The translations under genes were made by a program, and so were the position numbers. A stretch of DNA of 64,000 nucleotides from a virus (taxonomy: Duplodnaviria; Caudoviricetes), in IMG/VR virus record IMGVR_UViG_2834293421_000001, positions 10,290 to 74,289 of that record; one strand, written 5' to 3'. A model generated the notes under the pieces. It was not told the origin of the DNA. It made no database searches and saw nothing but the letters and a program-made list of their open reading frames with translations. Shown here piece by piece: positions 8,877 through 17,989 of this stretch (the stretch's first letter is position 1; every line of letters starts with the position of its first letter).

Positions 8877-9389
8877 ATGGAAAAAATGCCAGTAGATATA
8901 CTTATAGAAGGATTAGAGGAATGGAATAAAAAAAGAAATTCAAAAAAAGCTCAAGATTATCTTACTTTATTATCGATTTTAAATGGAGATTTAGGAAATG
9001 ACTTATCAGAAATCTTTAATCCAGATGAAGGAATACAAAAACAATTAGATTTATTGAGAGCAAGAGTTATAGAACTATCTACAGAGCAAAATATTAATCA
9101 AGTTATGATTGTTGAGGGGATAGTATCTAGAATAAGTAGATATTTTAGACGTTCATATAGTGCTACTTTAAGAAATTTAATAATGTTCGAATCAATAGAT
9201 AAAAATGAAATGCCACATGCAGAACATTTAGCTGAAAAATTAAAAAATCCAGAATATCTGATTGGAATGGAGTTAGATGAAACTGAATGGGATTCAATAG
9301 TATCAAAACATTTTAATGATTTTTTATTAGGATTAATGGATACACAAAATATATTGAAAGAAATTGAAAAATTAAAAAAACAAAATTAG
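8877..9389 (+). CDS. Hypothetical protein (moron in head module)
   Basis: Own TGGTATAAT extended -10 upstream; terminator 9402-9430 downstream. Confidence 0.75.
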   Translation: MEKMPVDILIEGLEEWNKKRNSKKAQDYLTLLSILNGDLGNDLSEIFNPDEGIQKQLDLLRARVIELSTEQNINQVMIVEGIVSRISRYFRRSYSATLRNLIMFESIDKNEMPHAEHLAEKLKNPEYLIGMELDETEWDSIVSKHFNDFLLGLMDTQNILKEIEKLKKQN

Positions 9390-9467
9390 ATAAATCTCAA
9401 TAAAAAAGCCTTAGAAATAGGGCTTTTTATTATGCAAAAATTTAATTTAAGAAAGGAATGACTATAG

Positions 9468-10073
9468 ATGGCAAAGTTAAGTGAAATATTAGGAGATAAC
9501 TATAATGCGTTATCTGAGGATATAAAAAGTAAATATAAGGATATAGATTTAGTTGATAGTTCTAAATATGTTGAAAAGACTAAGTTTGATGAAGTTAAGC
9601 AAGCTAAAAAGCAACTTGAAACAGATGTTAAAGATAGAGATACACAATTAGAAACTTTAAAGAAATCAGTTGGAGATAATTCTACTTTAAAGCAGCAAAT
9701 TGAACAATTACAAAATGATAATAAAAAGAAAGATGAAGAATATCAAGCAGAGCTTAAAGATTTAAAATTAACTAACGCTATTAAGTTAGCTATAACTGAT
9801 TCAGCACAAGATATTGATTTAGTGACTGGATTAATAGATAAATCTAAGCTTATTTTATCTGAAGATGGAACGGTTACAGGCTTAGATGAACAAATAACTG
9901 GATTAAAAGAATCAAAAAGTTTCTTATTTAAATCAGAAGAATCCAATCAAAATAATACTATTCAATTTTCAAAGAGTACCAATTTAGGTAATAATGGAGC
10001 AACTACAAAGTCTCTAAGTGAGTTAATGCAAGCTAAAAATGCTAATCCAAATATGGAAATTAGCTTTAAATAA
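9468..10073 (+). CDS. Capsid scaffolding protein (GP20-like)
   Basis: Coiled-coil, GLDEQI...FLF motif; upstream of capsid. Confidence 0.88.
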   Translation: MAKLSEILGDNYNALSEDIKSKYKDIDLVDSSKYVEKTKFDEVKQAKKQLETDVKDRDTQLETLKKSVGDNSTLKQQIEQLQNDNKKKDEEYQAELKDLKLTNAIKLAITDSAQDIDLVTGLIDKSKLILSEDGTVTGLDEQITGLKESKSFLFKSEESNQNNTIQFSKSTNLGNNGATTKSLSELMQAKNANPNMEISFK

Positions 10074-10105
10074 ATATAAATAAAAAATAATAAAAGAAAG
10101 AAGGA

Positions 10106-11194
10106 ATGACAATGTCAAGTTTTAATGAAAAAATATTTAACGGTGAGGTATTTGGACAGTACATGAATACAGTACCTAACTTAAATAGAAATGAGCTTAT
10201 AAAGAGTAAAGCTATAAGACAAAGACAAGATATAGCTAATTTATTTAGTGCACAAGTAGGTGGAAACTATGCAACTATACCTATAACTGGAAGAATAGGA
10301 GGAGAAGCACAAAATTATGATGGTAAAACATCAGCAGAAACACAAAAGTTAAAAACTTTTAGTCATAGTAGAGTTGTAGTAGGAAGACAGGCTGCTTGGG
10401 TAGAAACTGACTTTAGTTATGATATAACTGGAGGTAAAGATTTCATGGAAGAAGTAGGAAAACAGGTTGCTGAATATTGGGATGAAATAGATCAAGCTAC
10501 GATACTATCAATATTAAAAGGTATTTTTAGCATGACAGGAAAAGAAAATTCAACTTTTGTAAAAGAACATACTTATGATATTACAGCAGCTAAAAATAAA
10601 GAAGAACAAGTATTTAGTGCGACTACTTTAAATACAGCAATACAAAAGGCTTTAGGAGACAATAAGGCTAAGTTTTCTATATCAATAATGCATTCAGCTG
10701 TAGCTACTAATTTAGAAAATTTAAAATTAATAGCATATATGAAATATACAGATGGTCAAGGTATAGAAAGAGATTTAACTCTAGGAACTTTAAATGGTAG
10801 GGTTGTTCTTATAGATGACAACATGCCAGTAGAGAATGTAAAAGCCAAAGGAAATGAAGGGGAACTTAATTATGAGCCGGCTTATAATAAATATACTACT
10901 TATGTATTAGGTGATGGAGCTTTTGAATATACAAATTGTGGGGCTAAAGTTCCGAATGAGATGGCTAGGGATCCTAAAACAAATGGTGGGGAAACTACTT
11001 TATATAGTAGACAAAGAAAAATATTTGCTCCTTTTGGAATATCATTCACTAAAGCATCTATGGCTAGTTTATCTCCTACAGATGCAGAGCTAGAAATGGG
11101 AGTTAATTGGGAGTTATGTAATAATACAGGAGAATCAAAAGAATATATAGAGCATAAATTAATACCTATAGCTAGAGTAATAACTAGAGGATAG
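10106..11194 (+). CDS. Major capsid protein
   Basis: FNGEVF, MHSAVA, TYVLG.GA, SPTDAEL...NW motifs. Confidence 0.9.
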   Translation: MTMSSFNEKIFNGEVFGQYMNTVPNLNRNELIKSKAIRQRQDIANLFSAQVGGNYATIPITGRIGGEAQNYDGKTSAETQKLKTFSHSRVVVGRQAAWVETDFSYDITGGKDFMEEVGKQVAEYWDEIDQATILSILKGIFSMTGKENSTFVKEHTYDITAAKNKEEQVFSATTLNTAIQKALGDNKAKFSISIMHSAVATNLENLKLIAYMKYTDGQGIERDLTLGTLNGRVVLIDDNMPVENVKAKGNEGELNYEPAYNKYTTYVLGDGAFEYTNCGAKVPNEMARDPKTNGGETTLYSRQRKIFAPFGISFTKASMASLSPTDAELEMGVNWELCNNTGESKEYIEHKLIPIARVITRG

Positions 11195-11198
11195 GATT

Positions 11199-11540
11199 AT
11201 GGATAAATATGTAGATTATAAGTTTTATAGTGAAGTCTTTGGAGGAAAATTATCTTCTAAAGACTTTTCTTTATATGAATTTAAAGCTAGAAAATTTATA
11301 GATACTATAACCTTTAATAGAATCAATGAAAATAACTTAAATGATGATATAAAAATGGCCGTATGCATAGCAATAGAAAAAACTAAAAAGTCAGATTCTG
11401 AAAGGAGCTTTAAATTAAGTGAAACAGTTGGGAAACATAGCGTTTCTTACTCAGAAAGTCTTTTAAGAAAGTTTGAATCTAGTCTTTATAAAGAAATAAG
11501 TATATATTTACCAAATGATTTACTTTATAGAGGTGTGTAA
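11199..11540 (+). CDS. Head-tail connector
   Basis: SETVGxHSVSY...LLYRG motif, position. Confidence 0.8.
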   Translation: MDKYVDYKFYSEVFGGKLSSKDFSLYEFKARKFIDTITFNRINENNLNDDIKMAVCIAIEKTKKSDSERSFKLSETVGKHSVSYSESLLRKFESSLYKEISIYLPNDLLYRGV

Positions 11541-11542
11541 GT

Positions 11543-11968
11543 ATGGCTAATATGACTTTATTTAATAGTATATATAATCCGGAGACGGAGCGTACAGAGT
11601 ATATACGAACTTATTTATATGATATTGACTGGCAAGGGGAGCAAGCTGTTACAGTAGGTGATAAAGGTTTATTAAGCGCTGATAAAATAACTTGTTTCAT
11701 ACCATTTACAGTTAATACAGAAGATAAAAAATATATCTCTCCTGGAGAATTTAATAAATTGGATATTAAAGAAGCTAATAAATTTTACACATTAAAAAAA
11801 GCTGATTTTATAGTAAAAGATATAGTTGATTTTAAACTTTCTTCATATGAAAGAGGTAAGCAATTTAAAGATTTAGAACGTCTTTATACAGTTGGAACTA
11901 TAGTAAGTGTAATAAAAAATGATTTTGGAAGTGAATACTTACAACATTGGGAAGTAGGTGCTAAGTAA
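11543..11968 (+). CDS. Head closure/adaptor protein
   Basis: Position; C-terminal HWEVG motif. Confidence 0.7.
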   Translation: MANMTLFNSIYNPETERTEYIRTYLYDIDWQGEQAVTVGDKGLLSADKITCFIPFTVNTEDKKYISPGEFNKLDIKEANKFYTLKKADFIVKDIVDFKLSSYERGKQFKDLERLYTVGTIVSVIKNDFGSEYLQHWEVGAK

Positions 11969-12327
11969 TGCCACTTAATGTTACTTTTAAGATGGATGGA
12001 ATAGAAAAGATTTTAGCTAAACGAAACCTTGAGGAAAGAGGAAAGGCCCAGGGATTTTTAACTAATGAAGTAGCTAGGATGGCTAACCCTTACGTACCAT
12101 TTAAAACAGGCGCATTAAAAGATACACAGGTAGAAATTTCAAATGGAAAAATTAAATATAAAGCTCCTTATGCTCGTAAACAGTACTACAACAACTCAGG
12201 AAATGGAAAACAAGGTACGAATAAAGGTGGTATGAGAGGTAAGCGATGGATTGAAAGAATGTGGGCAGATAAAGGTCCGGAAATTGTAAAGTCTGTTGCT
12301 TCATTTGTAGGAGGGAAAGCTAAATAA
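11968..12327 (+). CDS. Minor capsid/neck protein
   Basis: YVPFKTGAL, PYARKQYY motifs. Confidence 0.8.
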   Translation: MPLNVTFKMDGIEKILAKRNLEERGKAQGFLTNEVARMANPYVPFKTGALKDTQVEISNGKIKYKAPYARKQYYNNSGNGKQGTNKGGMRGKRWIERMWADKGPEIVKSVASFVGGKAK

Positions 12328-12756
12328 ATGACTATTATAGAGAGCATAAGAAAATTTATAAAAAAATGCCCTTTTTTAGAAGAGTTTAATGGAGCTGTAA
12401 GAATAGGAGTTGACTATTTAGATTCAGAAACAACTACATATTCTATAGAAAAAGTTCCATGTAACCCTATTATAAAAAAGTATGTTGATGGATCTAGTAA
12501 AAGACAAGAACAATTTATATTTGCAAGTAGGGAAAGTTATGGCGAAGATATATTTAATAACTTGGAAAATATTAATTTTTATGAAAAATTTGCAGAGTGG
12601 ATTGAACAAAACAACGATGAAGGTAATTTACCTATTTTAGATAATAAAGAGGCTTTATCAATAGAACTAACAAGCAATGGATATGCCTTTCAAACAGATA
12701 TTGACAAAGCTCAATATCAAATACAAATGAAATTAATTTATATGGAAGGGAAGTAG
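12328..12756 (+). CDS. Tail terminator-like protein
   Basis: Position before tail tube; YQIQ C-terminus. Confidence 0.7.
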   Translation: MTIIESIRKFIKKCPFLEEFNGAVRIGVDYLDSETTTYSIEKVPCNPIIKKYVDGSSKRQEQFIFASRESYGEDIFNNLENINFYEKFAEWIEQNNDEGNLPILDNKEALSIELTSNGYAFQTDIDKAQYQIQMKLIYMEGK

Positions 12757-12761
12757 ATAAA

Positions 12762-13247
12762 ATGGCTGTAAGAAAGAGAAAAACAGTAGCTGACTATTTA
12801 AAGGTTGGTAAGGAGTTTGTTTTTATGGGTGTAGGATTTACGGAGTTAAATGAAAGTCCAAGTGCTAAAACAAAAAGCAAACAATATATAAATGAACAAT
12901 CAGCAACAACAAGTATAACAGGATATGAAACTGAATTTGGTTTTGAAACAGACCAGATAAGAGATGAAAAAGCCATAGATTTTATATGTAACATTGGAGA
13001 ACTTCAAAAAATTGGAGCAGATGCTGAAACAGAATATATAAAGGTAGATTTAGATAAGCCTGCAAAAGCCGAGAATGGATTTAGAGCAAGAAAGTTTAAG
13101 GTAGCTGTATCTATAGACGATTTTGAAGCTAAAGACAATGAAATGAGTGCTAAAGGGAAATTACTAGGTATGGGAGACTTAGTAGTAGGAACTTTTGATA
13201 CATCTACTAAGACCTTTACAGAAGGTTTTGAAGCTAAAACAGAATAA
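12762..13247 (+). CDS. Major tail tube protein
   Basis: Position and size; MGxGFTELNExP motif. Confidence 0.8.
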   Translation: MAVRKRKTVADYLKVGKEFVFMGVGFTELNESPSAKTKSKQYINEQSATTSITGYETEFGFETDQIRDEKAIDFICNIGELQKIGADAETEYIKVDLDKPAKAENGFRARKFKVAVSIDDFEAKDNEMSAKGKLLGMGDLVVGTFDTSTKTFTEGFEAKTE

Positions 13248-13255
13248 TTAAAGGG

Positions 13256-13666
13256 GTGTATGTAATGATAAAGATTTTAGGTGAAGAGTTTGAATTAGAT
13301 ACAATGGATCTAGATGTATCTGAAACTATAGAAAAGGAAATGAAAAAAGTTCCTGAAAAACTTAACAAATTAAGCAATAATGTAACTAGGATAGAGGCTA
13401 TAAGAGAAACTGTAACTATAGTTTCAGAATGTATGGATAATATTTTAGGTAAAGGTGCAAGTGAAAGAATATTTAAGGGTAAAAGAAATCTTAAATTAGC
13501 TATGAAAGCATTTGAAGAGTTAGCTATAGGTATAAGTAAAGAAGATGAAAATGTAGAAAAAGAATTTCAACAATCTATAAATAAATATTCTTCAAATAGA
13601 GTAGCTAAAAGACACTCAAATCACCAAAATAAAAAAACTTACAATAAAAATTATAACAAAAAATAA
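13256..13666 (+). CDS. Tail assembly chaperone
   Basis: Between tube and Gp15-like gene; start may be 13266. Confidence 0.65.
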   Translation: MYVMIKILGEEFELDTMDLDVSETIEKEMKKVPEKLNKLSNNVTRIEAIRETVTIVSECMDNILGKGASERIFKGKRNLKLAMKAFEELAIGISKEDENVEKEFQQSINKYSSNRVAKRHSNHQNKKTYNKNYNKK

Positions 13667-14286
13667 TGAATATACTTATTGATTTACTACCTACAAAAGT
13701 AGAAATAGGAAAGAAGATGTACAAAATCAATTCAGATTTTCGTACATCTATTTTATTTGAATTGTTGATGTATGATGATTCTATTTCTGATGAATTTAAA
13801 TGTATTCAGGCTTTAGAGTTGTATTACCCTTCAATGCCACCAGAAAGATATTTTGAAGATGCTATACATAAAATATTATGGTTTTATAGTTGCGGCAAAG
13901 AAACTGAGAATAAAGATGAAAATACTGAAAATATCCATTCTAAGGTAGAGAGAGTATATTCTTATGAATATGATGATAGTTATATCTATAGTGCTTTTTT
14001 AAGCCAGTATAATATAGATTTACAAGATATAGACAATTTACATTGGTGGAAATTTAAAGCAATGTTTGAATCTTTAAAAGAAGATAATAAGATTTGTGAA
14101 ATAATGAAATATAGAGCATCTGATTTATCTAAAATAAAGGATAAAGAAGAAAAAGCATTTTATAAAAAGATGAAACAAGTATATAAACTTCCTGAGTATA
14201 TAGATAAAGAGCAAAAAGAAAAAGAAGATGAAATTGCTAAAATATTAATGGGGGATGGAGTATTAGACCTTGATGTACTTACTTAA
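13666..14286 (+). CDS. Gp15-like tail assembly protein
   Basis: INSDFR, YIYSAFxxQYxIDL, LHWWKF motifs. Confidence 0.85.
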   Translation: MNILIDLLPTKVEIGKKMYKINSDFRTSILFELLMYDDSISDEFKCIQALELYYPSMPPERYFEDAIHKILWFYSCGKETENKDENTENIHSKVERVYSYEYDDSYIYSAFLSQYNIDLQDIDNLHWWKFKAMFESLKEDNKICEIMKYRASDLSKIKDKEEKAFYKKMKQVYKLPEYIDKEQKEKEDEIAKILMGDGVLDLDVLT

Positions 14287-14338
14287 GAAATAGTAGGTAC
14301 TTTTTTATACCCAAATTTAAATGAAAGGAGGGTGATAT

Positions 14339-17230
14339 ATGTCAGATGGAACTATTGTAATTGATACCAGGATAGATAGTTCTGGAGCAAGAAGAGGAAC
14401 TAGAGAACTATATCAAGAAGCTAATAGATTAGCTAATGAATATAAAAGAGCTGGAATGAGTTCTTCTCAAGCTTGGAAAAGAGCTTGGAGTGAAATAGAA
14501 GGTAGTAGTAGACGAGGAACAAATGAAGTAAGAGGAAATATAAATTCTATATCATCTATTGCAAAAAAATGTGCAACTGCTCTAGGTGGCTTATTTATAT
14601 TAGATAAAGTTAAAGATTATGCTACTGAAGTTGTTAAAACTGGAATTAGTTATAATGCTATGTCAGAACAAGCACAAGTTGCATGGGCTACTATTTTAGG
14701 AAGTCAATCAAAAGCATCTCAGATGATGAAAGATATTGAAAAATATGCAGCTGAAACTCCTTTTAGTAAAATGGGAGTCGATGCAATGGCCAAACAATTA
14801 ACCAATGCTGGATTTCATGGGAAAGCACTGTTTGACCAATTAACTAAGTTTGGTAATATGGGTTCAGCTTTTGGTATACAGGAAGATAGTTTAAAAGAAA
14901 TGGTTAGACAGTATTCTCAAGTTCAACAAGCACAAGTTGCATATACTGAAGATTTAAATATACTTCAAGATAGAGGTATTCCAATATTTAAGGCATTAGC
15001 CGAAGTTATGGGAGTTCCTGTTTCACAGGTTAAAAAACTAGCTAGTGAAGGTAAGGTTACAGCTGATGTTTATAATAAAGCAATAGATAGTATCGCAAGT
15101 CATACAACTGGGGCCATGGAAAATCAATCAAAAACTTTTTCAGGTATGATGTCAACATTAGAAGATAACTTATCAATGTTAGCTGGAGCACTAGCTAAGC
15201 CTATATTTGATAAAATGAAAGAGAATTTACAAGGCTTAATGCCTAAACTAGAAGAGTTTACTACCTTAGTTGGTAAAGAAGGTATAGGAAATGCAATAAG
15301 CACTATGTTCCCACAGTTAAAACCTTTAGTAGATTTTTTTACAAGTATAGCTAATGTATTAACTACAGTTGTTATACCAGCTCTTTTAAATTTTGGGGGA
15401 TGGATAGCATCTAACATTGGACCTATTTCATTTTTAGCAACAACCATTGGTGGAGCTGTGTTAGCATTTAAAGGGTTTATGATTGTAAAAGGCATTGTTT
15501 CTGCATTTCAAGAGGCTCAATTAGCAATAGCTTTATTTTCAATGAATGCCGAAGGAGCTACTATAGCACAAGGAGCATTTAATGGAATGTTGAGTATAGG
15601 AGAAACAGTTGTTGCTTTACTTACTGGAAAAGTTACTTTAGCTGCTTTAGCACAAGAGGCTTGGAATGCTGTAATGGCAATGAACCCTATAGGTTTATTA
15701 GTTATGGCAATAGGAGCTTTAGTAGCAGCGTTTATTTATTTTTGGAATACATCTGAAAGCTTTAGAAACTTTTGGATTGGATTATGGGATGCTGTAAAGA
15801 ATGCTTGTATTACAGCCTGGAATTCAATATGTACATTTTTTACTGATACAATACCAAATGCATTTAATAGCATAATTAATTTTTTTAAATCTGATTGGAA
15901 AGAAATATTATTATTTATAGTTAATCCATTTGCTGGGGCTTTTATGTTAGCTTATAAGCACTGTGATGGTTTTAGAAATTTTATAAATAACTTAGTAAAT
16001 AATATAAAGATGTTTTTTGTAAATGGTTTTAATAATATGAAAACTTCTGTAATTAACTTTGCAACTAATGCATTACTTACAATACAAACATGGGGTACTA
16101 ATGTATGGAATTTTTTTGTAGTAACAATTCCTTCATGGATTACTAATATTTTTAATTGGTTTAATGAGTTACCATATAAAATAGGTTTTGCTTTAGGTTT
16201 TGTAGTAACTAAAATTATTATGTGGGGAGTTGGAGTTTGGAATTATTTAATGACTAATGTACCAATTTGGATTAATAATGTAGGAACATGGTTCTCAGAA
16301 CTTCCAGGTAAAATATGGACTTGGCTGTGTGATTCAATAAATAAAGTGGCTGCCTGGGGTTCTGAGATGTGGGATAAAGCTACAACTATAGCTAGTCAAT
16401 TTATTTCAGATTGTATAAATTATGTATGTCAGTTACCAGGGAAAATATGGAATTGGTTATGTATAACAATAAATAAAGTTTCTGCTTGGGGGTCTCAAAT
16501 GTGGGCTAGGGCTAAAGCTATAGCCAGTCAATTTGTTTCAGATTGTATAAACTATATATGCCAGCTACCGGGGAAAATATGGACCTGGCTTTGTAATGCT
16601 ATATCTAAAGTAGCAGCTTGGGGAAGTAACCTTTGGAATACTGGGAAAAATGCAGCTTTAAGATTAGTACATGCTGTTGTTGATACTGTTAAATCTATAC
16701 CTGGAAAGATGATTTCTATTGGTAGAAATATAGTTCATGGAGTATGGAATGGTATAACAGGAGCAGCAGGATGGTTTAAAAGTAAAATTCATGATTTTTT
16801 TGGTGGAATAGTTGATGGTGCAAAATCGGCTTTAGGAATCCATTCTCCAGCTAGAAAAATGATTCCTATAGGTAAATATACTGTAGAGGGTACTGAAGTT
16901 GGTATGTCTAAACAATTCCCAAAGATGCAAGAAAAGTTTAAAGGTAAAGTACATGGACTTGTTTCTGACATGAAAGCTAAAGTACAATATGAATCTATTT
17001 CTTTAGGAAGTTCCATTTTATCAAAGAGTAATTTTGATATTATAGAAAAAAATAATGATAAAAATAATCAATCAGATGTTTCAGGAGTTATTTCATCTTT
17101 AAATAAAACTTTAAAATCTCTTGATCCAAAGATTTACTTAGATAGTAATGAACTTCTTTACTCTAAAGCCGAATTAATAAAAAATTCTTTAGATAGTAAT
17201 GAACAAAGGAATCCTAAATTTGCATATTAA
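14339..17230 (+). CDS. Tape measure protein
   Basis: DGTIVIDT start, tape-measure domain, Trp-periodic repeats, GIHSP. Confidence 0.93.
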   Translation: MSDGTIVIDTRIDSSGARRGTRELYQEANRLANEYKRAGMSSSQAWKRAWSEIEGSSRRGTNEVRGNINSISSIAKKCATALGGLFILDKVKDYATEVVKTGISYNAMSEQAQVAWATILGSQSKASQMMKDIEKYAAETPFSKMGVDAMAKQLTNAGFHGKALFDQLTKFGNMGSAFGIQEDSLKEMVRQYSQVQQAQVAYTEDLNILQDRGIPIFKALAEVMGVPVSQVKKLASEGKVTADVYNKAIDSIASHTTGAMENQSKTFSGMMSTLEDNLSMLAGALAKPIFDKMKENLQGLMPKLEEFTTLVGKEGIGNAISTMFPQLKPLVDFFTSIANVLTTVVIPALLNFGGWIASNIGPISFLATTIGGAVLAFKGFMIVKGIVSAFQEAQLAIALFSMNAEGATIAQGAFNGMLSIGETVVALLTGKVTLAALAQEAWNAVMAMNPIGLLVMAIGALVAAFIYFWNTSESFRNFWIGLWDAVKNACITAWNSICTFFTDTIPNAFNSIINFFKSDWKEILLFIVNPFAGAFMLAYKHCDGFRNFINNLVNNIKMFFVNGFNNMKTSVINFATNALLTIQTWGTNVWNFFVVTIPSWITNIFNWFNELPYKIGFALGFVVTKIIMWGVGVWNYLMTNVPIWINNVGTWFSELPGKIWTWLCDSINKVAAWGSEMWDKATTIASQFISDCINYVCQLPGKIWNWLCITINKVSAWGSQMWARAKAIASQFVSDCINYICQLPGKIWTWLCNAISKVAAWGSNLWNTGKNAALRLVHAVVDTVKSIPGKMISIGRNIVHGVWNGITGAAGWFKSKIHDFFGGIVDGAKSALGIHSPARKMIPIGKYTVEGTEVGMSKQFPKMQEKFKGKVHGLVSDMKAKVQYESISLGSSILSKSNFDIIEKNNDKNNQSDVSGVISSLNKTLKSLDPKIYLDSNELLYSKAELIKNSLDSNEQRNPKFAY
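16298..16640 (+). repeat. ~132-bp (44 aa) tandem repeats in tape measure gene
   Basis: LPGKIWxWLC...KVxAWGS three times. Confidence 0.8.
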
Positions 17231-17247
17231 GGATTCCTTTTTAGATT

Positions 17248-17976
17248 ATGGGGGTGATACTTATTAAAGCATATATTCAAATAGATGGTATAAACTCTTT
17301 CTATAGTTTAGGATTGCATATGTATTTAATTGATATAGAAAGTATAAATGAAGATGTAGAGCATACTCCAGTAGAAGGTAGAAGTGGGACACTAACAGAA
17401 AGAAAAGGTACTTATCCAGATAGAAAGTTACATTTTGGATTTGACTTAAAACGTAGATCAAAGGAATCTCTTGAAAGCTTTTATAGTAGAATATTTGATG
17501 TTGAAGAATGGATTGATAATTCTATAGGTAAAGAATTAATTTGTTTTACAAACTGTAACTTTAAATATCTAATAAAAAGTGTTTCTAAAAAGACAGAGTC
17601 TACAATGCATATGTGTTCAATAGAAATAGAATTTGTATGTGATCCATTTAGATATTTAGCAAATGAAATACCTATAGTTTTAAATTCATCTACTAATATA
17701 TTCTACTTAGGAACAGTACCAGGAGAATGCAATATAAAAATATATGGTCAAGGTAATGTACAGCTTACTATAAACTCAAATACCATTATAATCAATAATA
17801 TTAATGATTATGTTGAGTTAGATAGTAAGCTTTTAGAGTGCACAGACAAAGATAGGTTAAGCAAAACTAGAGATATGATTGGACATTTCTCCGTATTAAC
17901 AAGAGGTGATAATAAAATTAGTTGGGTAGGTAATGTATCTAAAATTGAGATACTACCAAGGACAGCATTTAAATAG
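17248..17976 (+). CDS. Distal tail protein (Dit)
   Basis: VEGRSG, FVCDPFRY motifs; after tape measure. Confidence 0.82.
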   Translation: MGVILIKAYIQIDGINSFYSLGLHMYLIDIESINEDVEHTPVEGRSGTLTERKGTYPDRKLHFGFDLKRRSKESLESFYSRIFDVEEWIDNSIGKELICFTNCNFKYLIKSVSKKTESTMHMCSIEIEFVCDPFRYLANEIPIVLNSSTNIFYLGTVPGECNIKIYGQGNVQLTINSNTIIINNINDYVELDSKLLECTDKDRLSKTRDMIGHFSVLTRGDNKISWVGNVSKIEILPRTAFK

Positions 17977-17989
17977 GAGTATATATATT

